Source: a cyanobacterium endosymbiont of Rhopalodia gibba (GTDB lineage: Bacteria; Cyanobacteriota; Cyanobacteriia; Cyanobacteriales; Microcystaceae). From it: a DNA stretch of 64,000 nucleotides. Under the pieces are notes generated by a model. It was not told the DNA's origin. It made no database searches and saw nothing but the letters and a program-made list of their open reading frames with translations. Location of the stretch: the NCBI GenBank assembly GCA_045159875.1, contig CP067995.1, positions 320,001-384,000 of the forward strand, read 5' to 3'. This document shows positions 47,615-58,730 of this stretch, one piece after another. The first letter of the stretch is position 1; each line of letters starts with the position of its first letter. The position numbers and the translations under genes are program-made.

Positions 47615-48528
47615 TTAGAAGGTCCAATATTCTTTTTGGGAAACGAGTTTCACAAATGAGCGTTTTTGCCTGACCCAAGGCGAGTTAACAACACTAATGT
47701 TAAAGTTTGGCTTAACTTTACTTTGAGAGTTGCTCCCAGTCCACATTGCCCATAGGCTAGGAATGATGTGGTTTATTAATTGACTGTTTCCTTTTCTTCT
47801 TAAAGCTAACTGCCAGTGGGGGGGAATACCGAAACAAAACAACTTTTGTATGCTCCGGCTAATGCTTTTACTAAGGCGGCGGTAACAACTTAAAATTGGG
47901 TTAGAGTGGGTCTAAGAACCGCAACTAAAAAATTTTCTGGTGTAACTGTAAAACAATAAATTGCTAAGGGTAAAGCTGATTATTTTAAAAGTATTGGTTG
48001 ATGAAAATAGTCAGTTACTTGTTTTAGGAGAGTTCTTAGTTGCAATAAAAACTCTGCTTGTTTTAAGGAGTCTCTCAAGCGAGAATTAGATTAGTTACAA
48101 TAATAGATTAGTTGTCAAGAAAGTATGTTCTTAATCTCGAGGTTTTCTGTCAAAATAAAGGCAAGTAATTCTCCCCAACCCATCATTTCTTGTAGTGTTT
48201 CTGGAGATAGTTGCCATTTAACAACTAAGTAAGCTATGTAATTACTCCCCTAATAGACTAAGAGGGTCATGGAAAAAGACCATCATAACGTCCCCAATAC
48301 AAGTCTCCTTGTGTTAGGTGACTTACAATTCTTTGTGAGAAAAGATTGCTCACCGGTAATGGCTTACCAATCTTCAGGTGATAGCCTTCCCTTTTTGGTT
48401 AACCGTTTTGTTATTGCTTTACTTAGAAAAAGCAACCAGGGATGTAATGAGAAAGTATGGCTAATATTTACACCAATTAAACTCCCCATAAAGGTTCCTT
48501 GAAAGCGATTTAAGAGTGAGTAAAGCAT
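47615..48528 (-). pseudogene. ADP-ribosylglycohydrolase-like protein pseudogene
   Basis: MLYSLLNRFQGTFMGSLIG start; TAALVKALAGAY / FGIPPHWQL; split over several frames (ORFs 48364-48564 and 47615-47842 are its fragments). Confidence 0.7.
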
Positions 48529-48869
48529 TTTTCGATAATTGATTAATAAACTATGAATATTCAACTAATTACACTATTTGAGTATATTGAATGATAAACC
48601 TATCTTAGGTTAGACTATCGATATAGATAGATTTTTTCGGAACTTCCTAAAGCGTGATTTCAATAGCTCACGGGGTGAAGAAAAGATTAAATTGTAGGTG
48701 TAAATGAAGATGAGGTGCGGTGCGGTGTATAAGGTGTAGTAGCAATATCTCCAACTTCAAAAAAATAAATTGAGGGCAAAGATAGTTGCTAATAAATAGA
48801 AGCCTAAATCTTGAGCTTTAAGAATCACCGTGTTTAAGGAAGATGAGGATATAAAACTAGACATAATAA

Positions 48870-48908
48870 GACCCAAGAACATCACTTTAGATCGGTACAT
48901 TGGGTCTG
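48870..48908 (-). terminator. Imperfect stem-loop downstream of hup
   Basis: AGACCCAA...TTGGGTCT arms just beyond the hup stop. Confidence 0.45.
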
Positions 48909-48920
48909 TTAGTCCTATAA

Positions 48921-49220
48921 TTAGCAAAAGTCAGTCGCTTTTTCGGGATTAACAACTTGTTCTTTAAACACTTTCCCCGCAGAGAAAGCAGGAACGGTGG
49001 TAGCAGGAATGGTGATAGATTGTCCAGTTTGAGGATTCATCCCTTTGCGCTCTTTGCGATCTCTTGGTTCAAAGGTTCCAAACCCAACTAAGACAACTTT
49101 ATCTCCTGAAGCGACGGTTTCCATGATGGTTTCTGTGAGTGCATCCAGAATATGACTCGTATCTTTTTTGGTCATACGAGTTTTGGCAGCGATCATGTTG
49201 ACTAGATCTTCTTTATTCAT
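48921..49220 (-). CDS. hup: DNA-binding protein HU
   Basis: MNKEDLV, LVGFGTF, NPQTG, PAFSAGK. Confidence 0.96.
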   Translation of the reverse strand: MNKEDLVNMIAAKTRMTKKDTSHILDALTETIMETVASGDKVVLVGFGTFEPRDRKERKGMNPQTGQSITIPATTVPAFSAGKVFKEQVVNPEKATDFC

Positions 49221-49428
49221 CGTTCCTTTGTTGACAATTCTGACTGAGGCTGATTATAACTGAATAATTGCTCTGAGATCACAATATAAAGGATAAAAAC
49301 AACGTTCTTACCTTTCCCTAGTTGTCTCGGTTTATGGTTGATTTATAGCTTTTCATCCCATTAAACTCTATAGAGAGATGTTTTCACTTAACTATCATAA
49401 ATCATAATTTTTCTCAAAAACTTGGACC

Positions 49429-51051
49429 TTAACTCAGTTGAATACCTACTCCTATAGGAGCAATAGTAGTCAATTCTAATTCTGGCTTATTCTCTTGAAC
49501 TTGTTGTAAATTCCACTCGTTTTTAAAAAGTAATACGGGACGACTCCAATTATCTTTGACAACAAGAGCATTAAAAATCCTTCCAGCTTTTTCTAGGGCT
49601 TTCCATCCTTCGGTTACCCAGCGGGCTATACTATAGGGAAGAGGTTCTAATTGAGTTTCTACCCCATATTCACTGAGCATCCGAAACTGGACGACTTCAA
49701 ATTGTAATTGTCCTACGGCAGCTAAGATCGGATCTCTTTTAAAGTCATCGGTGGAATACATAATTTGGATCGCCCCTTCTTCGCGTAATTCTTGAATGCC
49801 TTTTTGGAATTGCTTAAATTTAGAGGGGTTAGGATTTTTAAGGTAAGCGAATATTTCCGGAGAAAAACAAGGTATTCCTTCATATTCTAATTTTCTGCCA
49901 TTATAAATTGTGTCCCCAATAGCAAACACTCCTGGATTATTCAACCCAATAACATCTCCACTATAAGCTTCTTCGATAGAAGATCGATCTTGTGCAAATA
50001 ATTTCTGAGGACGAGACAGACGTACGGTTTTTCCCGTCCTAGCATGGCTGACGGTCATATCTTTCTGAAACTTTCCTGTACAGACTCGTACAAAGGCCAC
50101 ACGGTCACGGTGTTTTGGGTCCAAATTGGCTTGTAATTTAAATACAAATCCACTAAATTCAGGATGGGTGGGCTCTACCACTCCTACAGAAGAATTCCGT
50201 CCTTCAGGTTTTAGGGCGTATTCTAGGAACGCTTCAAGAAATAATTGCACTCCAAAGTTAGTCATGGCCGAGCCAAAGAATACAGGAGTCATTTGGCCGC
50301 AATGGAGTGTTTCCAAGTCGAGATCGGCTCCTAATTCTTCAAGGATTTCTAATTCTTCTTTGAGCTGATAATAAAGCTCCTGGTCAAGATGTTCTTTAAC
50401 TTTAGGGTCACTAAGCTTAATGGCAGTTTCCTGAGCACGTTGGCTACCGTGTGCGCGACGTTGAAATAGGTGTATAGTTTGTTGACGACGGTCAAAGACC
50501 CCTCGGAAAAGATCGCCGGTTCCAATCGGCCAGTTCACGGCGTAGGTTTGCAGTCCTAATTCCTGTTCAATCTCATCGAGCAATTCCAGCGGGTCTCTTG
50601 TGGGGCGGTCAAGTTTATTGATAAAAGTGAAAATGGGAAGTCCACGCAAACGACAGACTTCAAATAGTTTACGGGTTTGAGGTTCTAACCCTTTTGCTGC
50701 GTCAATCAACATGACAGCATTATCGGCTGCCGCTAGAGTACGATAGGTATCCTCACTAAAATCTTGATGACCTGGAGTATCTAGTAGATTAATCTGAAAG
50801 TCTCCATACTCAAATTGTAAGACAGTAGAGGTAATTGAAATTCCTCTCTGTTTTTCCATTTCCATCCAATCAGAGGTAGCTTTACGTTGGTCTCGTCTAG
50901 CTTTGACCGCTCCTGCTTGGTGAATTGCCCCTCCGTACAGTAGAAGTTTTTCGGTGAGGGTAGTTTTGCCTGCATCAGGGTGGGAAATGATAGCAAAGTT
51001 ACGTCGTTTTTCTACGGCTTTTTCGATTTCTTTTTGAATTTCGCTGGACAT
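49429..51051 (-). CDS. prfC: Peptide chain release factor 3
   Basis: [26 protein letters not shown]. Confidence 0.98.
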   Translation of the reverse strand: MSSEIQKEIEKAVEKRRNFAIISHPDAGKTTLTEKLLLYGGAIHQAGAVKARRDQRKATSDWMEMEKQRGISITSTVLQFEYGDFQINLLDTPGHQDFSEDTYRTLAAADNAVMLIDAAKGLEPQTRKLFEVCRLRGLPIFTFINKLDRPTRDPLELLDEIEQELGLQTYAVNWPIGTGDLFRGVFDRRQQTIHLFQRRAHGSQRAQETAIKLSDPKVKEHLDQELYYQLKEELEILEELGADLDLETLHCGQMTPVFFGSAMTNFGVQLFLEAFLEYALKPEGRNSSVGVVEPTHPEFSGFVFKLQANLDPKHRDRVAFVRVCTGKFQKDMTVSHARTGKTVRLSRPQKLFAQDRSSIEEAYSGDVIGLNNPGVFAIGDTIYNGRKLEYEGIPCFSPEIFAYLKNPNPSKFKQFQKGIQELREEGAIQIMYSTDDFKRDPILAAVGQLQFEVVQFRMLSEYGVETQLEPLPYSIARWVTEGWKALEKAGRIFNALVVKDNWSRPVLLFKNEWNLQQVQENKPELELTTIAPIGVGIQLS

Positions 51052-51214
51052 TCTTTAGGGGAGTCTCTTGATCTAAGATTATCAATCCTTATCCCTCATG
51101 ATATAACCTCCTCTAAAAAGCCGGTAGTCAAGGTTAACAGTTATTGACTTATCTCACCAATTAACAATGCAACTTAACAGAATTATTAGTCATGATTTTC
51201 TATGTTTAAAATGT

Positions 51215-51900
51215 ATGAATTACTAAACTTAAAGTATTAATTTTTGATGTTGATGAAGCTTTAGCATAATCTGAAAGAGATGATTGTAGAGTAGTTTTTG
51301 ATTAAATTTTTATTTATGTTAATTCAGATTGGTGTTGATTAGAGTCTTTATTCATAAAATTTTCCACAACGCCGCCCAGATTTAACTAACAATTTAGAGC
51401 TATTTATATCTGTTAATTTTTTAATTTTAAGTAGTAAAAATTAATTTTTATAAACAATTATTATTGGAAATATAAATTTTATCAGGAATAAAAAAAATTA
51501 ATTCTTGAAACTCAGTAAAAAAGCTTGATATCAAAAAAATAAAATAGTGTTTATTGCTATCAATTGCTACTAAAATAACTTTATTTTTTTAGGATAAATA
51601 TTAATTTTTTATTTCAATAAATTACTGTAAAAAATATTATTTTATGTCAAAAATAAGCCAGTAATATCTATATACAATAGTCTTATTTTTGAAGTTTTTT
51701 TAAAATGACAAGTAGCTACTTAAATCAAACAAACTTAAAGCTTATTAAAATATTTAACAGGTATTTAATTAATCTCACCTATTAACCAGCATTTAAATAA
51801 TAGTTGGTAGTTTGATCAACTCAGAATATATTTTTAAGTTATCGATAAAGATTAATTATAAACACTATTCATATTTTATAGAATCAAGTATTATCTGATA
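51215..51900 (+). pseudogene. cbbY: CbbY-family HAD hydrolase pseudogene
   Basis: KLKVLIFDVDEALA*SERDDCRVVFD* matches LKALIFDVDGTLAETERDGHRxAFN; heavily degraded downstream, end approximate. Confidence 0.75.
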
Positions 51901-52042
51901 TTGTAAGACAGAATATTTTTAATAAGTTTAACTACTTGATTTAGGTAATTTTAGCGTTTTTATAAAAAATTACAGCAAAGTATATCTAAAGCTCAGGTCG
52001 GTAATTTGTTATACTTACTTGTTGCTCAAGCAAATCAAGATA

Positions 52043-52074
52043 ACTTAATACTTAATACTTAATACTTAATACTT
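52043..52074. repeat. Heptamer tandem repeat (ACTTAAT)x~4.5
   Basis: acttaat acttaat acttaat acttaat actt. Confidence 0.85.
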
Positions 52075-53410
52075 CATTAAGTTATCTTGAAAATTTACAT
52101 CTATAGAAGTAGATAAATAAGTGTTTACAAATAAACGTTAAGTTCAAGATTTTTGTAAAAAATTAAATATTTCTTTGTTTATTCTATTAAGTTTTTTCTC
52201 ATCCTCTCAGAAAAATTTTTAAAGATACTTGATATATTCTTTGTTTCTCTTCTTAAAGAACTACATAATTATTATGTTGATCAAATAAACACTCTATAAA
52301 TTATTATTTATTTTTTTAAATAGATTAATTTAATCTAATTTGTTTTTTTATAAAAAAATTTTTTCAAATTATAAGTTAGCCTTAAAGTCTTTTAAAAATT
52401 AGTTTATTTGCTTTTTAAGCAAGCTATGATTTAATAATTGCTATTCTTGAATTGTTTCTATAGTTTATTTTCTTCAAGAAGACTAATTTGTGCGATAATT
52501 TGCTATTAAACTAACTGTATTTTTAACTTTAAAAACTACAGTTAGTTTAGATTAAGTATAAGTCTAAAATAAATAACTGGCTTCTACTTCTATCTTTATA
52601 ATTAATTTTGTATAACGGTAAAGATAGCAATTATAATTTATTATTTTTTTCAAAAAACTACCAGTCATCCAAAAAAACATATGTTATTTTCGTAATGGTA
52701 TTGAGGCTTAAAATACTGCAAAAAATTGTATTATTGTTCTTGTCAATATTACAAAAATCTTTCTGAGACTAAATTCATATAATAGCAACCGGAAGAAAAA
52801 TTTATATCTAACTGATGAAGGTGAATATAAAGTGCAACGACATTCTTTTATTTTCTCGAGCAATAACTTTTACTTATGACTGTGTTCCAAAATTCTAAAA
52901 CAGGACTGTCGACCTTTATTTATTATGCTGTTGTCACAGCTGGTCTAGAAGAGATACAAAAAACTTCAATTTAGTTCTTCTAAATTAGTAATTAAGTTTT
53001 AGGAAAGACATAGTTTTTGACCGAACAAACTTATTTTATCTAAGAATGCGGTGAGAATTCCCTACTTTTTTGTTTTAATCTTTGTGCTTCCTTAGTGAGA
53101 CTTTTCTCTATTTTTTGTTGACTTATCCCCACCTATATTGACTGATTAAGGTTTAGGAATAACTACTAGACATTGATGTCAAGATATGTGAAGTTTTACA
53201 CAGGTCTTTGACTTCTAGAATATCTCCCCTTAACCGTTACCGATTCCCTTAAACTCCTCAGACGGTTTAACGGAAGACCTCTCACAACATTGAGATAGAA
53301 TATTGTCAGTGAGACACTGTGGCCGGTGGCACGCTTTCAGCGTACGCGGTCAACTCTCGAAGAAACAAAGACTCAAGACTTAATTGGAGTAGCTGGAGAA
53401 AAACAGAGGC

Positions 53411-55570
53411 ATGGGAAAAGTAGTCGGCATTGACCTGGGGACAACTAACTCTGTGGTAGCCGTCATGGAAGGCGGAAAGCCAGTAGTGATAGCTAGTTCA
53501 GAAGGGATGCGGACAACCCCTTCAGTAGTGGGTTTTAATAAAGATGGAGAATTGGTCGTTGGGCAATTGGCTAGAAGACAGGCTGTTCTCAACCCTCAAA
53601 ACACCTTTTTTGGAGTAAAACGGTTTATGGGTCGTCGATATGACGAGCTCGAATCTGAATCGAAACAAGTTCCCTATACCATTCGTCGAGACGACAACGA
53701 TAATATCAAAATTCGCTGTCCTCGCCTCAGAAAAGAATTTGCCCCCGAAGAAATCTCTGCGATGATTCTACGGAAATTAGCAGAGGAAGCTGAACGTTAT
53801 TTAGGAGAACTGGTCACAGGAGCAGTGATTACCGTTCCGGCTTATTTTAATGACTCTCAACGTCAAGCGACTAAAAATGCTGGGCGCATTGCTGGCTTAG
53901 AAGTTCACCGTATCCTCAATGAACCGACGGCGGCCTCTTTAGCCTACGGGTTGGATAAACAGCGATCGCAAAAAATCTTAGTCTTTGACTTAGGAGGAGG
54001 AACTTTTGATGTCTCTGTCCTCGAAGTGGGGGATGGAGTACTCGAAGTTAGAGCAACTAGTGGGGATACTCAATTAGGAGGCAATGACTTTGATAAACGT
54101 ATTGTCGACTGGTTAACCGAGAAATTTGTTGAACAAGAAGGAGTGGACCTCTGCAAGGATAGACAAGCATTGCAACGCCTAACAGAAGCCGCAGAAAAGG
54201 CCAAAATTGAACTGTCAGGGGTTAGTGCAACCGACATTAATCTACCCTTTATCACCGCCACTGAAGATGGTCCTAAACACATTGAAACCCGTTTGACTCG
54301 CTCTGAATTTGAAGCTCTTTGTGGAGACTTAGTAAGTCGTCTCCGTCGTCCTATAAAACGTGCCCTCAATGATGCACAGTTAACCCCTGTTCAAATCGAT
54401 GAGGTGGTATTAGTTGGGGGGGCAACTCGAATGCCCATGATTAAAGGGTTGGTACGAAGTTTTATTGATAAAGAACCTAACGAAAATGTTAACCCTGATG
54501 AAGTGGTGGCAGTAGGAGCAGCCATTCAATCAGGCATTTTGGAGGGGCAAGTTAAGAACATCTTGCTACTTGATGTGACTCCTCTATCTTTAGGGTTAGA
54601 AACCATCGGTGGTGTTGCTAAAAAATTAATTCCTCGTAACACTACAATTCCGGTCAGACGTTCGGATACCTTTTCTACTGGAGAAAATAATCAGACCATG
54701 GTGGAAATTCATGTAGTTCAAGGAGAACGGGAAATGGCTAAGGATAATAAATCTTTGGGAAGGTTTAAATTAAGTGGGATTCCACCAGCCGCTAGAGGAA
54801 TTCCCCAAATTCAAGTGGCATTTGATATTGATGCTAATGGAATTTTACAGGTGATGGCCCGTGATCGTACCACCGGACGGGAACAAACAATTACCGTTCA
54901 AGGAACTTCCACTCTCAATGATGCAGAAGTTAATAGAATGATTCAAGAAGCAGCCCAATTTGCTGAAGGCGATCGCCAACGACGGGAACGAGTGGAAAAA
55001 CGCAATCGTGCTAAAGCCTTAACCGATCAAGCATTACGGCGACTTAAGGAAGTTACTCTCGATTTCGGGACTCAATTTACCAGTTCCTATCGCCGTCAAA
55101 TTGAGTCTTTAAATGCTGAAATTATTGATAGTCTTAATAAAGACGATGAACGCCGTCTTGATCGCGCCCAAGCTGATCTGCAAGATGTACTCTATGAACT
55201 TAACCGAGAAGTTCGTCTACAATATGACGAGGAAGATGAGGGCTTTTTAAACTCCATTCGTAAGACATTGACAGGAAAACCTGAAGATGATCTTCCCCAT
55301 ACTCCCCGTCGTCGAACCACCTATCGAGATGATCATGGTTCTTCTCGTTATGATGAACGTCAAGACTATCGAGCACCCCGCTACGATAACTATGACGATT
55401 ATGAAAATTGGAGGGCAAATCGTTCCTATCGTTCTCCATCGAGTCATAAGCCATTCCCGTCAGATAAACGATATCCTAAAACTGAGTCCGAAAGATATTA
55501 TGCCCGCGATAAGTCTCATCTTATTCCTGCTGAGAATAATTGGGACGAAGAGGACGATGATTGGTTCTAA
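53411..55570 (+). CDS. dnaK: Hsp70 chaperone, cyanobacterial DnaK3 type
   Basis: [19 protein letters not shown]; long charged C-terminal extension ending WDEEDDDWF; followed by dnaJ-like gene. Confidence 0.95.
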   Translation: MGKVVGIDLGTTNSVVAVMEGGKPVVIASSEGMRTTPSVVGFNKDGELVVGQLARRQAVLNPQNTFFGVKRFMGRRYDELESESKQVPYTIRRDDNDNIKIRCPRLRKEFAPEEISAMILRKLAEEAERYLGELVTGAVITVPAYFNDSQRQATKNAGRIAGLEVHRILNEPTAASLAYGLDKQRSQKILVFDLGGGTFDVSVLEVGDGVLEVRATSGDTQLGGNDFDKRIVDWLTEKFVEQEGVDLCKDRQALQRLTEAAEKAKIELSGVSATDINLPFITATEDGPKHIETRLTRSEFEALCGDLVSRLRRPIKRALNDAQLTPVQIDEVVLVGGATRMPMIKGLVRSFIDKEPNENVNPDEVVAVGAAIQSGILEGQVKNILLLDVTPLSLGLETIGGVAKKLIPRNTTIPVRRSDTFSTGENNQTMVEIHVVQGEREMAKDNKSLGRFKLSGIPPAARGIPQIQVAFDIDANGILQVMARDRTTGREQTITVQGTSTLNDAEVNRMIQEAAQFAEGDRQRRERVEKRNRAKALTDQALRRLKEVTLDFGTQFTSSYRRQIESLNAEIIDSLNKDDERRLDRAQADLQDVLYELNREVRLQYDEEDEGFLNSIRKTLTGKPEDDLPHTPRRRTTYRDDHGSSRYDERQDYRAPRYDNYDDYENWRANRSYRSPSSHKPFPSDKRYPKTESERYYARDKSHLIPAENNWDEEDDDWF

Positions 55571-55652
55571 ATTGGTCGATAAGTCATTCGCTACTGAGTT
55601 TTTTTTGAACTTAACTGTTTAATGCCTACCGTATTTATTGATAACTGATTAT

Positions 55653-56540
55653 ATGCAGCAAGTCCGCAACCATTATGCTATTCTAGGGATCCCAAAAAAT
55701 GCTACTAGCGAGGAAGTGAAGAAGTCCTTTCGGAAATTGGCACGACAGTACCATCCTGATGTTAATCCAGGGGATAAGACTGCTGAGGAGAAGTTTAAAG
55801 ATATAAATGAAGCCTATAATACCCTCTCGGATCAGACCAAGCGCGCTGAATACGATTTACAACTTTTTGGCAAAGAGAAACTTCGTTCTAGTCGTGGACG
55901 CGATACAATCCCCCGCAACGATAATGGTAATAATAGTTATTATCGTCAAGACTCCGATTTCTGGAAGTTTAAAAATTTTAGCCCAGGAAACAGCAAACGG
56001 ATTAAAGTCGTTAGGCCTTCTCATTCAGAACGTCGGGATGTAGAAGCTAAGTTAAATTTACCCCTAGAAAAGGCTTATCAGGGTGGACGTGAACGTATTC
56101 GCCTTGAAGATGGGCGATCATTAGAAGTAGAAATGCCCTCAGGAATGATTGATGGGCAAAAAATTCGCCTCAAAGGACAGGGACTCGATGGAGGAGATCT
56201 TTATTTAAAAATTTCTTTAGCAACTCATCCGTATTTTACGTTGCAAGGAATGGATATTTTTTGTCGTATTCCCGTTACTCCTAGTGAAGCTATTCTGGGG
56301 GAAGCCATCGAGATTCCCACCATTGATGGGTTGGTTAAAATGACGGTTCCTAAAGGAGTCCGTTCAGGTCAACGCTTACGTTTAGCTAATAAAGGATATC
56401 CTGATGGCAATGGTAGTCGAGGAGACCAATTAGTAGAAATTCAGATTGCTATTCCCTCAGAAGTTAACGAAGAAGAGTTAGAACTCTATCAAAAAATTCG
56501 CGAAAGAGAAACGTTTAATCCGCGCCAGAATTTTTTTTAG
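55653..56540 (+). CDS. Type II J-protein (J domain + C-terminal domain, no Zn finger), DnaK3 partner
   Basis: [12 protein letters not shown], DnaJ_C region; ATG at 55653 preferred. Confidence 0.92.
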   Translation: MQQVRNHYAILGIPKNATSEEVKKSFRKLARQYHPDVNPGDKTAEEKFKDINEAYNTLSDQTKRAEYDLQLFGKEKLRSSRGRDTIPRNDNGNNSYYRQDSDFWKFKNFSPGNSKRIKVVRPSHSERRDVEAKLNLPLEKAYQGGRERIRLEDGRSLEVEMPSGMIDGQKIRLKGQGLDGGDLYLKISLATHPYFTLQGMDIFCRIPVTPSEAILGEAIEIPTIDGLVKMTVPKGVRSGQRLRLANKGYPDGNGSRGDQLVEIQIAIPSEVNEEELELYQKIRERETFNPRQNFF

Positions 56541-56718
56541 ACGAATTATAAAAATTGCTCACTAATTAACCAATTTAAATCCAAAATAATTAATAATCAT
56601 TACTTGTATCAGATTTATTGGAATGATCGAGGCTTCTATTGAAAAAAATAAAGCTATTTTGCAAATGTCCGCTTAAACTAAAATCACACTTTTTTTCAGA
56701 AAATATAGTTCAAGCCTT

Positions 56719-57912
56719 ATGGATACTAAAGTCTTTAAACGTTTATTGCAACAGTCAGAACACTACCATCGTAAAGGATTTGGCCATAGGTCAGAAATCA
56801 TGAATATTCTGAGTGCAGAGTACCAAAGTTCTTTGATTCAACAAATCCGTCAAAATAACTATCGATGGCAAGAGGGAAAAGTAACGATTCACCTAGCAAA
56901 AGCATTTGGATTTTGTTGGGGGGTTGAACGGGCTGTTGCAATGGCTTATGAAACCCGTCAACATTTTCCTAATCAACGTATTTGGATTACCAATGAAATT
57001 ATTCATAATCCTTCTGTTAATCAACGACTTTTAGAAATGAACGTAGGTTTTATCGAAGTGATTAATAATCATAAAGACTTTTCTATAGTTAAAAAAGGAG
57101 ATGTAGTTATCTTGCCAGCTTTTGGAGCAAGTGTTACCGAAATGCAACTTTTAAATGATAAAGGTTGCACCATTGTAGATACTACTTGTCCTTGGGTTTC
57201 TAAAGTTTGGAATTCTGTAGAAAAACACAAAAAACGTCATTATACTTCTATAATTCACGGAAAATATCTTCATGAAGAGACTGTTGCTACTAGTTCATTT
57301 GCAAAGAATTATTTAGTCGTCTTAAATTTAGAAGAAGCTAACTATGTCTGCGATTATATCCTTAATAGAGGAAACAAAAAAGATTTTTTAGATAAGTTTA
57401 AGAATGCCCATTCACCAGGATTTAATCCTGATTATGATTTAGAAAAGTTGGGGATTGCTAATCAGACAACTATGTTAAAAAGTGAAACAGAACAAATTAG
57501 TGAAATTTTTGAAAAAACAATTATTAAAAAATATGGACTAGCTACTTTAAATGACCATTTCATGAGTTTCAATACAATCTGTAACGCCACTCAAGAACGT
57601 CAAGATGCTATGTTAAAATTAGTTAAAGAAAAGTTAGACTTAATGGTAGTCATTGGAGGGTTTAATTCTTCTAACACCACTCATTTGCAAGAAATCGCTA
57701 TCGAACGACAAATTCCATCGTATCATATTGATGATGCCACTCGTATAAAACCGAACAATGCCATTGAACATAAACCTTTAGGTAGAGACTTAGAACTGAA
57801 GGAAAACTGGCTCCAAGACGGTTCTATTATTGTTGGTGTTACTTCTGGAGCATCTACTCCCGATATTGTTGTAGAGGCGGTTATTAATAAGATCTGTACC
57901 ACTAAAAATTAG
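56719..57912 (+). CDS. ispH: HMBPP reductase
   Basis: [43 protein letters not shown]. Confidence 0.98.
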   Translation: MDTKVFKRLLQQSEHYHRKGFGHRSEIMNILSAEYQSSLIQQIRQNNYRWQEGKVTIHLAKAFGFCWGVERAVAMAYETRQHFPNQRIWITNEIIHNPSVNQRLLEMNVGFIEVINNHKDFSIVKKGDVVILPAFGASVTEMQLLNDKGCTIVDTTCPWVSKVWNSVEKHKKRHYTSIIHGKYLHEETVATSSFAKNYLVVLNLEEANYVCDYILNRGNKKDFLDKFKNAHSPGFNPDYDLEKLGIANQTTMLKSETEQISEIFEKTIIKKYGLATLNDHFMSFNTICNATQERQDAMLKLVKEKLDLMVVIGGFNSSNTTHLQEIAIERQIPSYHIDDATRIKPNNAIEHKPLGRDLELKENWLQDGSIIVGVTSGASTPDIVVEAVINKICTTKN

Positions 57913-57999
57913 ATATTTACTCAAAACTAGTAATTGCTTTTATTATCTTCAACTAATGTATCTCCAGTTGTCAGTTTTTACTGATAATTGAGAGCTTAA

Positions 58000-58730
58000 A
58001 TGATGTCAATTAATCTTCCAGTATCTTAATTAATAGCTTATGAATTAAAATGAGTAATTGGTGACGTGAATTGGATTCTGAAAAGAGGAGAATAACTAAG
58101 TTAAATAGGATCAAATGGCTCAGCAAATAAAACTTTTTTTAAAAAACTAGTCTCTTATTGACGCCCTTAGAAATATTTTCCTCTAATTTCATTGTTTAAA
58201 ATATAGCCATCTTACCTTGAAAAACTCATTTATGCTAGTTTAAATTTACCCCAATTAATTAACTTAGGATAAATTTTCTATCAACTTTAATTGAATCTAA
58301 AAAATAGATAAATAGTGAACAAAATCATTGAAGAAACGTAATCAAAAAAAATTTTATAATTTCCCCATTACTAAGTTATCAGGAAAAGAAGAACAATAGA
58401 TATTTTTATCTTTAACATGGGCACAAAATCTCTGGTCTAATTATTTAGATGAATCGACAACTTATTTGGAGATTCACTCTCAATCTCAATTATTAGAATT
58501 ACTCAAGAGACTTCAACACGATTGCAAGTTAACCATGATTACTGTTTTACATGATATTAATTTAGCCGTTCATTACAGTGATCGCCTATCTCTTCTCAAG
58601 TAAGGCAAATTATATATATAGAGTAGATTGTCCTATTAATGTCCTGAAACCACATATTCTAAAAAATATTTTTAGAATATGTGGTTGCTATTATAAAAAC
58701 TTTCATTAAGCTACAAATTCGTTTGTTAAA
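58000..58730 (+). pseudogene. FecE/BtuD-type ABC ATPase pseudogene
   Basis: LSLIGSNGSANKT (Walker A), LSGKEEQ*IFLSLTWAQ (signature), LDESTTYLE (Walker B), ITVLHDINLAVHYSDRL. Confidence 0.88.
58648..58686. repeat. 39-bp palindrome, 18-bp arms, 3-nt spacer
   Basis: AACCACATATTCTAAAAA-ATA-TTTTTAGAATATGTGGTT. Confidence 0.93.

Noticed and set aside
48690..48745. GGTGY-rich short repeats downstream of hup
   Set aside because: Irregular and short; no supportable structure or function
14220..52350. Many short T-run/A-run palindromes such as TTTTTTAAAAAA
   Set aside because: Expected by chance in very AT-rich homopolymeric DNA; only palindromes with mixed-sequence arms were kept
52600..53000. Possible coding remnant upstream of dnaK3 (pstB considered)
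   Set aside because: No convincing motif in the frames examined
1771..55622. Short ORFs antisense to or overlapping real genes (e.g. 1771-1980, 9260-9481, 29510-29830, 33837-34139, 54070-54369, 55287-55622)
   Set aside because: Shadow frames of well-supported CDS with no recognisable motifs
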